Below, piece by piece: positions 37,856 to 51,019 of a stretch of DNA of 64,000 bases. Position numbers and translations under genes: made by a program. Under the pieces are notes generated by a model, which saw only the letters and a program-made list of their open reading frames with translations, did no database searches and was not told the DNA's origin. Each line of letters opens with the position of its first letter. Positions within the stretch are counted from its first letter, which is position 1. The stretch is from Octopus bimaculoides (lineage: Eukaryota): NCBI RefSeq assembly GCF_001194135.2, contig NC_069000.1:13074488-13138487 (forward strand), given 5' to 3'.

Positions 37856-39060
37856 ATCTTTTATCTTTCACTGGTTTCAGCCCAGGGCTGAGGTCATGCT
37901 GGTGTACCTCCTGTAGTTATTCGGTCTTGTTCCTGGTATTGTTTTTCGTGAAGTATCGATCGAGTTGGACGGAGCTGCTCTTCTTTGCGTCTCCTGCCGC
38001 GATGTGGATTCATCTGTTATCTCAGATAGAAACCTATCCAGACTTCCACATCAACATCATGTAGATTTCTAAGGTTGCCTAGAAGGATGTTGAACAATTG
38101 CAGGCCCTTGAAACCCAGACTATTGCAGTACTGTGTCATTATTTTAGATGGGGAAGACGGAATATTTGGTATGATGCAGTGCCGTCCAGTTCGAGGATTG
38201 ATATAATTCTCAATTCCAAAATTAGGAGCTAAACACTCCAAGATATTCTAAATATATATCACTGCATATCTCTCTCGTCTTCTCTCCAGGGAATAGAGAC
38301 TCAGCTCCTTTAGTCTCTCCCAGTAGCCCATCTTATGCATCGAGTCAATCTTCTTAGTGTATTGGCGCTGGATTGCATCTAGTTTCACAGCTTGTTTCAC
38401 ACTCTCTGGAGACCATAGTTGGCAGCAGTAGTCCAAGCAGCTGAGAACAAAGGTCTTCTGTAGGAGTAGCAGGGCCTCCCTTTTCCTGGTTCTGAATGTC
38501 CTCAGAATCCATCCAGTCACTCGCCTGGACAGTGTTGCTATCTTGGCAATATGCACATGGAATCTTTCAACATTGCTCATGTGAACCCCCAGGTCATGCA
38601 CCCACTCTGATTCTGGGATCGTATTACCTTCTGGTCTAGTTATTCCGATCTTAGCCTAGTGTTGGACCGATAGTGGAGTGCCTGAAATTTCATAGCATTG
38701 AACTTCATGTTATTTTTCTTATCCCATTTGTAGATTTCGTTCAGGTCTTTCTGCAGTTTTATGATATCCTCTGGGTTCCTAACTGCCTGCGATACTTTTA
38801 TGTCGTCAGAATAACTGGTCAGATTGGCTGACTTCACCGCGGAGGACATGGCTGAGAGGGCCTCCACAAATAGTAGTCACCCCAGTACAGTTCCCTGTGG
38901 GATTCCTCTGAGAATGTGTGTCTCTTCAGAGTGAGCACCATTGGCTACAACTTTCTGACTTCTGCCCTTCAGAAAATCATGCAGCCACTCTCCCAGTTCC
39001 TCGATAATACCAAGATTTGGCTGCTTTTGACATATCATGCCATGATCAACCTTATTCTGT
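37856..39060 (-). mobile_element. 5'-truncated, decayed CR1-like LINE (RT C-terminal half plus 3' UTR)
   Basis: Four consecutive ORF fragments carry RT motifs: KVDHG...WLHDFLKGRSQKVVANG...GIPQGTVLG, YSDD (YADD box), DLGVHMS...GWILRTF...LDYCCQLWSP...WERLKELSLYSLERRRERY. Frameshifts and stops are present. It ends in a short tail, ctgaaaccagtgaaagataaaag. Confidence 0.9.
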
Positions 39061-40605
39061 AAATAATAATAATAGTATTTTATATGCTTAAAGCTTATAG
39101 CGGTCACCGCGCAATGACTAAAGAAAAATAGTCTAATATTGGAACATGTAGACCCTCGACAGAAAAAGTAGGTCTTCCGTACACACGCACACGCATACAC
39201 ACGCACACACACACACACACACACGCACGTACACACACACATACATACATACATACATACATATATATCTTGTGTTCCTGCCATAAGGCCTTATTTCCAC
39301 AATGCCAGCTTAATTTAATTCGTCCTTAGTCGAAAGACATCTGTTGTTATGTCCTGTTTTATTATTTTTATTGTATTTGTGTAACATTGTTCGTTTCTTC
39401 CATCCTTGTTTTTGTATACATTCGCTGCTTTCTGCCAAGGAATTTAATGCTCTTAGATTAGTTTCTCCTTGGGGATGGCCACATTGGAGCAATATCGAGA
39501 ATAATCAGCCGAAATTGCAAGGATAATCTGGATCTCGACTGAGGAAAGAAAACTCCGAATGACCTGTCCTTGTTTCCTTGTATCGTCTATCTGGATGTTT
39601 GTTGTCCCTTTCTTGTATCACCTAACTGTCTGGATGTTTTGCGTCCTTGTCCTATTCTGTATTATTTATATATATATATATGAATATTTGTGTAAATATT
39701 CTACACGTATGATTATATAGATATATATACATATTACATATATTTATGTGTGTGTGAGTGTGTATGTGTTTGTGTGTGTTAGCGGAAGAGGTGGGGAGTA
39801 AGATAAAGCAATGCGTTCTAATAATAGATGTAAGGATATGTACAAGAAATAACTGAGACTTGGAACAAAACAGAGATGATACTGAGCGGATGGGTCCCAG
39901 CGAAAGATCACAGCTCCCTATGCAAGAATGCCTTATTTCTTTTCTAGCGAGAATACATCACAGATTCGCATGTTTAAAATGTATAACATAGATAGACAAG
40001 CAAGAAACGAACAATATGTAAACGAAAAAAGAAAGAAACTAAGAAAAACAGAAGCAGAAACAATCTTACAGGATTGAACACGTAAAAAGACTCAACAAAA
40101 AGTGATATATCTTTTCAAAACGGCACCGAAAATTTATAAAAGATCCCCTAGGCTACACTTCCTTCCCATACCCGCTTCAGGGAGAGAAAACAAATAAATA
40201 ATAGAAGAGATAAAAACATTTTTAAAAAATAAAAAAATAAAACAAGAAGAAAAACCTTCCATTTCTTTTCTTCTTCTACGCAAATTCTTCTGCAATGTTT
40301 TCAATGAATGGTACTCGGTATTTGGTGAAATATCTTTGAAATTCTAGACAATATGCTAGCTAATGAGGCTGACTGTAAAGACAACAGTTGTGCCAACAAA
40401 ACTCTCTCTGAGTTTATTTAGAAATAGAGACCCGTTCCTTTTTCTATTCTCTAAATACACACTTGAGTGCTTTCCTACATTTTCTCTCTCTCATCTCTTC
40501 AATCTGGCAGAACATTACCTTCCTTTCTTTCTTTTTTTTTTTTTGCCTTCCCTTTGTGTTTTGTTTTATGCTGTCCTGGTATTTCTTCTTCCTTCCTAGT
40601 CCTTC

Positions 40606-40660
<55 letters not shown>

Positions 40661-40663
40661 GTT

Positions 40664-40705
<42 letters not shown>

Positions 40706-40778
40706 GCCGTCGTCGTCGTCATCGTCGTCGTCGTCGTCGTCATCATCATCATCGTCATCATTATTATTGTTATTATTA

Positions 40779-40814
<36 letters not shown>

Positions 40815-40917
40815 GTATCATTATTATTATTATTATTATTATTAGTAGTAGTAGTAGTAGTATTATAGTTATCATTATTATTATCATTGTCATCATCATC
40901 ATCATTATTATTATTAC

Positions 40918-40972
<55 letters not shown>

Positions 40973-41117
40973 TTATTATTATTATTATTGTGGTTGTTAT
41001 ATTGTTGTCGGAATTGCTATGATTGTATTTCTAAGTAGTAATAGTAGTAAGAGTAGTAGTAATAGTGGCAGCAGCAGCAGTAGCAGTAGCAGCAGCAGCA
41101 GCAGCAGCAGTAGCAGC

Positions 41118-41168
<51 letters not shown>

Positions 41169-41173
41169 GGTGG
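40606..41173. repeat. Compound trinucleotide array (ATT/ATC/GTC/AGT/AGC/GGT)
   Basis: Seen directly. Confidence 0.95.
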
Positions 41174-41289
41174 GGAGAGATATATTGTTACAGATATCTT
41201 TATTCTTAGTATTAAGGGTAAATACGACCCTGGGGCATTCGGTTACTCAGGGTGCAAACGTTAATAATGGTCTCACTTTCCAGTGGGTT

Positions 41290-41400
41290 TCATCTGACAA
41301 GGATCACCAGATATAACATTATCGACCTGCTAGAAATAGCAGCCGATTCTCTATCAAATCACACTTAACTTCGTATCTAATGGCTGGACACATTAGATAA
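41290..41400 (+). repeat. Fragment of another interspersed repeat (second copy at 4556-4620, minus strand)
   Basis: Shared gaaatagcagc..a.tctc..tcaaa and (c)acatt..ataa motifs between the two loci. Confidence 0.45.
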
Positions 41401-41504
41401 TCTAAATCAACATGGTTTCTTTTTTAAGAAAAAAAAGAAAGTGGGGATTGCCATAGAAAGAATGTCTTTGATCTGGGAGCTGAATCGCAACAACCGATGC
41501 GTAT

Positions 41505-43065
41505 ACTACTTCTACTACTACTACTGATGATGATGATAATACTACTACTACTACTATTACTACTAATACTACTACTACTGCTACTAGTGTTAGATGTTAA
41601 TAATGAAGATGCTAATAGTGATTATGATGGTGGTGGAGATGTTGTTATCGTTGTTGTTGTTGGTGGTGGTGGTGTTGGTGGTGGTGTTGGTGGTGGTGGT
41701 GGTGGTGGTGGTGGTNNNNNNNNNNNNNNNNNNNNNNNNNNNNNNNNNNNNNNNNNNNNNNNNNNNNNNNNNNNNNNNNNNNNNNNNNNNNNNNNNNNNN
41801 NNNNNNNNNNNNNNNNNNNNNNNNNNNNNNNNNNNNNNNNNNNNNNNNNNNNNNNNNNNNNNNNNNNNNNNNNNNNNNNNNNNNNNNNNNNNNNNNNNNN
41901 NNNNNNNNNNNNNNNNNNNNNNNNNNNNNNNNNNNNNNNNNNNNNNNNNNNNNNNNNNNNNNNNNNNNNNNNNNNNNNNNNNNNNNNNNNNNNNNNNNNN
42001 NNNNNNNNNNNNNNNNNNNNNNNNNNNNNNNNNNNNNNNNNNNNNNNNNNNNNNNNNNNNNNNNNNNNNNNNNNNNNNNNNNNNNNNNNNNNNNNNNNNN
42101 NNNNNNNNNNNNNNNNNNNNNNNNNNNNNNNNNNNNNNNNNNNNNNNNNNNNNNNNNNNNNNNNNNNNNNNNNNNNNNNNNNNNNNNNNNNNNNNNNNNN
42201 NNNNNNNNNNNNNNNNNNNNNNNNNNNNNNNNNNNNNNNNNNNNNNNNNNNNNNNNNNNNNNNNNNNNNNNNNNNNNNNNNNNNNNNNNNNNNNNNNNNN
42301 NNNNNNNNNNNNNNNNNNNNNNNNNNNNNNNNNNNNNNGAGGACGACGACGACGACGACGACGACGACGATGAGGATGACTACTACTACTACTACTACTG
42401 GTTTTGATATTGGCACATGACTGTTGTTTTCTCTGTTCTCTCCTTTTGCTGTAATCCAAAATCTGTGTAAATGCGTTCAACATAACGTGTTCATCCCCGC
42501 CTTTTTTTTTCTCTTTAATTTGGTGGGATTTATTCGTAGCCATGTGATACATGAATGGAGACACAATGAGAAATTGAAATATATATTAAAAAAAATTTAA
42601 AAACTATCGTTTGTCAAAGATAAAATTTGTCATTTTATTTTGACTGAAGCCCCGCAAGGAATGATATTCAACACTTTATCGGAGAAGGAGTTCCAAAAAA
42701 ATATCCCTTCAAGCAATTAAGATATACTTCTTGGAATCCGAAAACCATGGAGGGTGGCCTGAAAATGCGTCTGTAAAAGGCAGTAGTGAATTTCTAACAT
42801 TGTCGCAAGGCCCTTATATTTGGGTTAGGAAATTAGCTATATAAATCGCCCCTCTTCGTCTTGACCATATTGTATTGACCCCGAGAGGTGATGCTGATCT
42901 TGAGGGGATTTAAACTCAATGATTATGAATGATGTCGACGACGAAGACAATGACGATGACGACGACGATGATGATGGCGATGGTGAGGATAACGTGATGA
43001 CAGTGATGATAATAACGACGACGATGACGTTGAGGATGATGATGATGATGATGATGATACGAAAA
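41505..43065. repeat. Further trinucleotide tracts (ACT, GGT, GAC, GAT) around the 41716-42338 gap and at 42925-43065
   Basis: Seen directly; the tracts are discontinuous. Confidence 0.85.
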
Positions 43066-43129
43066 CGATGATGTTTAATATGTGCACAAGGACAGAAATT
43101 TTGAAGGAGGATGTAGAGGATTACAATAA

Positions 43130-43230
43130 TTTCAGTATTTGACTGGTTCTTTATATTAGCAACTACGGAAGGATAAATGTCAAACTGTCTCCCGCAAAAG
43201 TTGAACTCAAAACGGGCCTTCATTAATTTC
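43130..43230 (-). mobile_element. Very old SINE family A remnant
   Basis: gttttgagttcaacttttgcgggagacagtttgacatttatccttccgtagttgctaatataaagaaccagtcaaatactg aligns to the B-box and central domain. Confidence 0.55.
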
Positions 43231-44338
43231 AGCTCAATGATAACTGCTTTGTACATTTTCGAAATTTCTATGCGAAACCGGAGCGTTAAGATCTCTATAC
43301 TCGAGGTATACCTCGTCTTTCTCATCAAATTTAGAAATGATTTATTATAGACAAAAACAGCTCTCCCGCTCTCCCTCTTTATTTCTCTTTACATTCTCAT
43401 TAGCTGATGAAAGGTAAATATCTGACCTCAAACGGTACTCTATAATAAGGTTTGTAAAACCCAAGCATTTTGCAATACTTACAAAGAAACACCTAACGGA
43501 AGTAATTCGCATAACCTTGTTAATGTATGCGCTGGATTTTCACGCCCAAAATGGAAACATACAGGACCCGTACCCTCAGACAAGAGTTTTGTAAGACGGG
43601 ATCGCTCAAAAGTACCTAACTCTACATTGATTTGTTTTTCTTTGTTTTGTTTTGTTTTTTCACACATTTTTCGCTAAGTTTTCAACAAAGACAAATAAAT
43701 CTGCTTTCCTAAGTTTCGTTTTATTGTACGCAATCTAAACGTATAAAAAAAAGAACGGAAAATCGTTCATTTTTTTCTGAGATGATCTTTTAGTTTATTG
43801 CCATCTTAAATGCGCACAAAACTGTCGTCAGAGATCCCTGAAAAACATTTAGTATATATGTGTAATTTGTGATGAGTAAAACAAATACAAATTATCTGTT
43901 ATAAAGAACCTAAATATGTAAACAAATATTATTGCAAATACTAATTTTTGAATATTTACATGAAATTTTGGTAACAAAGTGTGTTTGTAACAATGACATT
44001 TGAATAAATTTTCTTCCTGTCGTGCCGTTCTCATGTGAATCTTGTATAGTTGTTGTATATGACTCTTGCATTAAGCAACGTTGGCCACCCCAGACGCATT
44101 TACATACAAACACATATACATACATGCATACATACATGCATACATACATACATACATACATACATACATACATACATGCATACAAAAATACATACGCTCA
44201 TACATATATTTGTAAATATACGTATATGCACTATGCACACATGAGCAAATGAATATAAATTGCTTTGTCAAGGCTTTTATATGTATTTACGTATATGAGA
44301 ATACATGTATATATTTACACACTCACATTATCTATCTA

Positions 44339-44373
<35 letters not shown>

Positions 44374-44690
44374 NNNNNNNNNNNNNNNNNNNNNNNNNNN
44401 NNNNNNNNNNNNNNNNNNNNNNNNNNNNNNNNNNNNNNNNNNNNNNNNNNNNNNNNNNNNNNNNNNNNNNNNNNNNNNNNNNNNNNNNNNNNNNNNNNNN
44501 NNNNNNNNNNNNNNNNNNNNNNNNNNNNNNNNNNNNNNNNNNNNNNNNNNNNNNNNNNNNNNNNNNNNNNNNNNNNNNNNNNNNNNNNNNNNNNNNNNNN
44601 NNNNNNNNNNNNNNNNNNNNNNNNNNNNNNNNNNNNNNNNNNNNNNNNNNNNNNNNNNNNNNNNNNNNNNNNNNNNNNNNNNNNNNNNNN

Positions 44691-44759
<69 letters not shown>

Positions 44760-45390
44760 GTTTGTGTGTGCGTGTGCGTGATTATAAAGTCAATGCTACT
44801 GAATTTACATTACGATGATGTGATTTATTATTGAACCAAAATTGATACATCGCTAGTTGCTGTTTGTGTTAAAGAAGTGAGTAAAGAAAGAAAGAGAGAA
44901 AGCGAGAGAAGGTGTGAAAGGGACAGCAACTATGCGAGCGTCCATGTCGATGAATAATCTATCCACATCTATCCAAATCTCCATTCTCTTATATATCGTC
45001 ATTCATTTTGTCTCCTATTTCATGGTCGCTTCACCAACATCCGGTTTTATGAAAGGACTATGCTTTCTTTTACTTACCTTTACATTACTATACCATTTTC
45101 CTCATCAAAGCGACATCTTTGTAAACTCACATTTTAGTTACCTGTCCGTTTCACTATCTCTTGTGACTGCTTTCATTAAGCTTGCCGATGACAGACGCAA
45201 ACGTATTTATATTGATCATGTGTGATCCTGTTCAATAAAATGGTTAGGTGCTGACAGGAGCTTGCTTTTGTTACAGTTTTCAATAAGATTCGCATTATTT
45301 AAATATATGCCATCAAACTGTGAATAACGATCGACATTTGTTTAGAAAGTTAATTGTAGATTTGTGCACTATCATGGGAAGGAGAATGAC

Positions 45391-45439
<49 letters not shown>

Positions 45440-45730
45440 NNNNNNNNNNNNNNNNNNNNNNNNNNNNNNNNNNNNNNNNNNNNNNNNNNNNNNNNNNNNN
45501 NNNNNNNNNNNNNNNNNNNNNNNNNNNNNNNNNNNNNNNNNNNNNNNNNNNNNNNNNNNNNNNNNNNNNNNNNNNNNNNNNNNNNNNNNNNNNNNNNNNN
45601 NNNNNNNNNNNNNNNNNNNNNNNNNNNNNNNNNNNNNNNNNNNNNNNNNNNNNNNNNNNNNNNNNNNNNNNNNNNNNNNNNNNNNNNNNNNNNNNNNNNN
45701 NNNNNNNNNNNNNNNNNNNNNNNNNNNNNN

Positions 45731-45790
<60 letters not shown>

Positions 45791-46025
45791 CGCATATATA
45801 CGTATATAAATTTTTGTTTTTATATTCAGTTATAATAGAAATAAAAAAGACCCATTTTACGTTAATCTGATAGGTTAGTGTTAACCTATACTTTGTAGAT
45901 TACAAATTAATTAGTCTTAGTTCATGCAACTGAAAAAAAAAACGCATTATTTATGGGATGACCAAGTATGTTTATATACATATACACACATATGTACATA
46001 TATATATACTTACACGCACACACGC

Positions 46026-46090
<65 letters not shown>

Positions 46091-46493
46091 AAGCTAGAGT
46101 TATATACATTCACACACGCATATATATAGAGAGAGAGAAGGGAAGAAAGAGTGAAGGAGACATTTATAATGTAGACAGCAGCTAAATTAGCTGACAATTT
46201 TTGGGACTTTATTTTATGATATATACGTTCAATTTTAATCGATATATTAATACAAAAGTTGAAGTATATAAATCGTCTCTCATTTGAATATCATCTGATA
46301 TAAATGAAACTTTTATTGTCGGTTGTATTGCGGTTAAGAACAATATTTCTCAATTGAAATGAAATAGTTTTATTAAATGATATATGAATTTTCATTACCG
46401 CAAGGATTTGTTATTTAAACTCTATGAAATAATTAAGCATAAATTCAACATCAAATTTAACATACATCAACAGGCACACGCACACACATGCGC

Positions 46494-46495
<2 letters not shown>

Positions 46496-46524
<29 letters not shown>

Positions 46525-46686
46525 TGTATGTATGTATGTATGTATGTATGTATGTATGAATGTATGTGTGTGTGATATTATTCAGTTTTGTTTCAAGATT
46601 TCTTGCCAGCAGTGAAAGAGCCGGTTTCTAACCTAGATCCATGACGCCTTCAGTGGAATTTCAAGATCAACCACAGGGTATTTTTG
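46496..46686 (-). mobile_element. Dispersed copy of the about 110-bp (CATA)n-tailed element
   Basis: Reverse-complement match to the same unit, with a (TATG)n tail at 46496-46570. Confidence 0.8.
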
Positions 46687-46962
46687 TTGAACACTGGGGG
46701 GGGGGGGCGTTTATTTATGTATACGTGCAGATTTGTATGTTTTGTTTTACGTATGTCTTCTCATGCATATACTTGCGTATCTAGACATGCTCATATATAC
46801 TTAAATGATGAACTTATGGAAAGGTTTACAGATTTTTACAGTTCCAGTGATGGCTTGGATCCTTAGTCTTCGAATCAGCTTCCTCCTCGTTATGCGCTTG
46901 TGTTTGTGTGTGTGTAGCAATGTAAACTGAAGTTCGTGTTGCGTCAATATACAAGTGCAATA

Positions 46963-47199
46963 GGGTGTCGAGCTGGCAGAATCGTTAGCACACCACACCG
47001 GGCGAAATGCTGAGCGGTATTTCGTCTGCCGTTACGTTCTGAGTTCAAATTCCGCCGAGGTCGATTTTGCCTTTCATCCTTTCGGGGTCGATTAAATAAG
47101 TACCAATTACGCACTGGGATCGATGTAATCCACTTAATCCCTTTGTCTGTCCTTGTTTGTCCCCTCTATGTTTAGCCCCCTGTGGACAATATAGAAATG
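46963..47199 (+). mobile_element. Full-length SINE family A with 17-bp TSD
   Basis: Flanked by aatatacaagtgcaata (46946-46962) and aatatacaagtgtaata (47200-47216). Confidence 0.92.
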
Positions 47200-48090
47200 A
47201 ATATACAAGTGTAATACTAATGTGCTCAACTACAACTCTATTGAGTGTTGCTCCAGTGTGACCGCATTCAGATGACTGAAATTTGTAAAGCAGGACACAG
47301 AATACCATATGTTGAAGGTCGATAAACAAAACTAGATAAAATGATTAAGCGGGTATGAAGGAGTTTGCGGTGCGAGAGCTGTGAAGAAAGAATAGTTTAA
47401 GTTGGTCTGAAACAAAATGACAGTTGTCAAATTTTGACGTTAAAGCGAAAATAAATCCCAGATGTCTTCGCGATGTAATGTAGTGGGTTACATGGTGATG
47501 TAGAGTAGTTAAAAGAATCGGGTAGTCTCGGAAGGCAGTTGTATAAAGAACGAAAGGTAATTTATTTGTTTCTTCTCATATAACCTTAATGTTCCTTCCA
47601 GTACGTAGGTTAACATATGGAAATGTCGGAGTGTGTTACTAGCGCCACCTTACGAGTCGAAACGATTATACACTCATTGCTCACAGCAGATATTTCTTTC
47701 TCTTGTTGTTCACCGACAAGTCGAAGGAATTTTTCCAGACATTTTCCTCGGATGTCAGCGTTTAACGAAGTTAAAACTTCACTAGTTTTCCCGTTGGTTT
47801 GGGTGATGGGGTCGTCTTTGGCATCTTCTACCATTTGCGTTGCATTCATTCGTCACTACTATATTATTCATCTCATTGAAGTTATTGTTGCTGTTGTTGT
47901 TCCTGTTTGTTTGTCTTGTTTTTTTTAATATGGTGTCTTCGTGTTACTTTTCATGTTATCGCAGTTGTTCCTTGTATACTCTGATGTATAGTCTTACTTT
48001 CTGCAGTTGTCTACGTTTTCAGTTTGCATTTGTTCTTTATGAACATATTGTTGCAGCTGTCATATGCTGCATTATTTTGTAACCCTTCGA

Positions 48091-48519
48091 GGCGGCGAGC
48101 TGGCAGAAACGTTAGCACGCCGGGCGAAATGTTTAGCGGTATTTCGTCTGCCGTTACGTTCTTAGTTCAAATTCCGCCGAGGTCGACTTTACCTTTCATC
48201 CTTTCGAGGTCGATTAAACAAGTACCAATTACGCACTGGGGTCGATATAATCGACTTAATCCTTTTGTCTGTCCTTGTTTGTCCCCTCTATGTTTAGCCC
48301 CTTGTGGGCAATAAAGAAATAAGAAACGTTAGCACGCCGGGCGAAATGCTTAGTGCTGTTTCGTCTGCCACTACGTTCTGAGTTCAAATTCCACCGAGGT
48401 AGACTTTGCTTTTCATCCTTTCGTGGTCAATTGAATAAGTACCGGTTACCCAATGGGGTCGATGTAATCGACTAAATCCCTACCCACAAATTTGAGGCCT
48501 TGTGCTTCCAGTAGAAAGA
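48091..48519 (+). mobile_element. SINE family A dimer flanked by a 20-bp TSD
   Basis: attattttgtaacccttcga (48071-48090) and attattttgcaaccgttcga (48520-48539) flank two head-to-tail units joined at about 48322. Confidence 0.88.
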
Positions 48520-48536
48520 ATTATTTTGCAACCGTT

Positions 48537-49010
48537 CGAGCTGGCAGAATCGTTAGCACGCCGGACAAAATGCTTAGCGTTATTTCGTCCGTCTTTACCT
48601 TCTGAGTTTAAATTCTGCCGGGGTCGACTTTGCCTTTCATCCTCTCAGGCTCAATGAAATAAAGTACAAGCCGAGAACTGGTGTCGATGTAATCAACTTC
48701 ACCACCTATCATATTTGCTACCCTTTTGCCAAAATAAGAAAGGATAACCTTGTGACCCTTATTGTTGATATTCTGTGTCTCATATTTACAGATTCACAGA
48801 AACCTGGCCAAATCGTTGGCACGTAAGGGGTAAAGAGCCCCGCAGCATTTCGTCCGTCTTAACGTCCTACGTTAAAAATTCCACTGTGGTTGACTTTGTC
48901 CTTCATCCTTTCGGTGTCTATAAAATAAGTACCAGTGGAGTACTGGAGTCGATGCAATCGACCTGTACCTCCCTATAAATTACTGACCTTGTGCCAAAAC
49001 ATGAAAGCAA
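48537..49010 (+). mobile_element. Two further, older SINE family A copies (48537-48745, 48803-49010)
   Basis: Head, B-box region and central domain are recognisable in both. Confidence 0.8.
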
Positions 49011-49486
49011 TATTTATGAAGATTTCTTAATGTTATTCTTTAGTCTGACCTAATTTACACGTTATTTTATCGTTTGAATGTATTGCTTCTATATCCCCTT
49101 ATCGTGGTTAGATCCTAATCGTCATAATGTTCTACCAGCTTATTTCACTACCACATTGTTGTGGCTATAATTGTATTAAAGAATATATGTTTATATGTTA
49201 TCATTTATAAGAATAACAACACAATTAGCAAAACACTTGTCAACTACCTAAAAAAAATATGATTCAAGAATATAACAACAGCAATTATCTTTATTTCTAA
49301 ACAGTATCGCTAAACCGAATCGTGTAACATATTTCATTTGTTTACGGAAACAAAATATTTTACAATATGTCTATATCTACGATAAAAGTTTGAATAATTA
49401 GTGTTATAAAAATATACAATTTTTATCAAGTTAAGCTGAGAAATGAAAACAACCTAAACTTTACAGAAACCCAATACTGAATACAC

Positions 49487-49609
<123 letters not shown>

Positions 49610-50019
49610 ACTATCAGAATGGAAGAAAGAAAGAGACATAGAGAAATAGAGAGGGAGACAGAGAGACTTTTGTAATGTAGAAGGCTGAACGTGAGAATTC
49701 AATGTTATATTATAGTGTTTGATAAATGCTAAAGTGTCAAAATATCTTTTAACTTTGCGTTTGCACTTAAATTCTCGTGTTTAAGGTATTAATGCATTTT
49801 CTAAGATAATATTTACAACATTCTTCTACATAACATTTAATATTTTAAGATACATAAATACATTAATGTATATGCATAGGAGACACACATATATACATGC
49901 ATGTGTATAAGCATATATATGTATGTGTATATGTGAATATATACATGTATACATACACATACATATATATATATGTATATATATATATGCATGCATATAT
50001 GAATATAAATATTCATATA

Positions 50020-50185
50020 TGCATGGTTGTGTGGTAAGAAGCTTGCTTCCCAACCATAGGGTTGCGGGTTCAGTCCCAGTGCATGGCACCTTGGGCAAGT
50101 ATCTTCTAATATTGCCTCCGGCTGACCAAAGCTTTCTGAGTGGATTTTGTAGACAGAAACTGAAAGAAGCCTATCATATATATAT
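50020..50185 (+). mobile_element. SINE family B (head plus core)
   Basis: ggttgtgtggtaagaagcttgcttcccaaccat...gggttcagtccc...ggcaccttgggcaagtatcttct...gaaactgaaagaagcc. Confidence 0.85.
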
Positions 50186-50426
50186 ACATACATATAATAT
50201 GTGCTGAACATAATATAATGACACTATTGCATTATTTCAAGCATCAGATATCCTTCTACGTATCTTACTGGTATCTTATTGGCTCTGTTATCAACTGGTT
50301 CAAAATACTCCGTCATTACTAATGTAACTGAATCTATTTCCGAATTTTCTCCTCGAGCTTGCACTCGATATTGTAAAATATTTTACACCAGTTAAAACGT
50401 CTATCAGCATCTCACAATAGGCTTAC

Positions 50427-50560
50427 TAGTTGAAAAATGATTTAGAAAGAAACATGAAAAATTTCTATCTGTACTTTCACTGGTCACTGTGCAAAAAGTG
50501 TAGTGGATGTCGGATATGTGATAGTTGTTGCTAGCCTGTTTCAGAAAGTGACCTTGATAA
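50427..50560 (-). CDS. Candidate exon of unknown gene (x-YQGHFLKQASNNYHISDIHYTFCTVTSESTDRNFSCFFLNHFST)
   Basis: Strong acceptor (tttctccttccttttgtcttcAG) and donor GTAAGC. The exon is 134 bp with one open frame. No recognisable homology. Confidence 0.25.
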
Positions 50561-51019
50561 CTGAAGACAAAAGGAAGGAGAAATAGAAACATGCTTTGGG
50601 ATTTCATTATTCAAACGGACCGTAACCTTGAAAACAGCAGTCTTGATATTGTTTTCTGAACAGAAATAGGCATGAATTCTAGATTATTGACGTTAGAATT
50701 CTGTGAGAACAAACCTTAGCCTTGAAAGAATTTGAAAATGTAAACAATTTACAATCACTTAAAAGTCGGAATTGCATGGCATTACAATTGAAAACATCAA
50801 CATAATCTGAATTGTCATACATGCTTTTGCCTGATATCACTGAATCTAGGCAAGCATCCGGGGTAAATACGCCTCGAAATATGAAATGCTCTCATTTAAA
50901 CAAAAGCTTTTGTTAGAAACTTAGAAAATTTGTATTTGTCTAAGATCGTTGTTGAGACTTGACTGGCCCAGTCACAATATATACTGTGCAAACCATTTAT
51001 AATAATAATTATAATAATG

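Noticed and set aside
39400-39660. Segments recalled as octopus interspersed repeats (also 1262-1465)
   Set aside because: Single copies in this window with no internal evidence; classification would rest on memory alone.
42610-42845. ICHFILTEAPQG motif resembling CUB W-x-I-x-AP-x-G
   Set aside because: The frame closes at 42718-42720 with no donor before it.
43302-43315. 14-bp palindrome cgaggtatacctcg
   Set aside because: Several palindromes of this length are expected by chance in 64 kb.
42837-43328. 163-aa minus ORF containing FCGRQ...P, superficially CUB-like
   Set aside because: That segment aligns to a decayed family A SINE, and the rest is (GAT/GAC)n.
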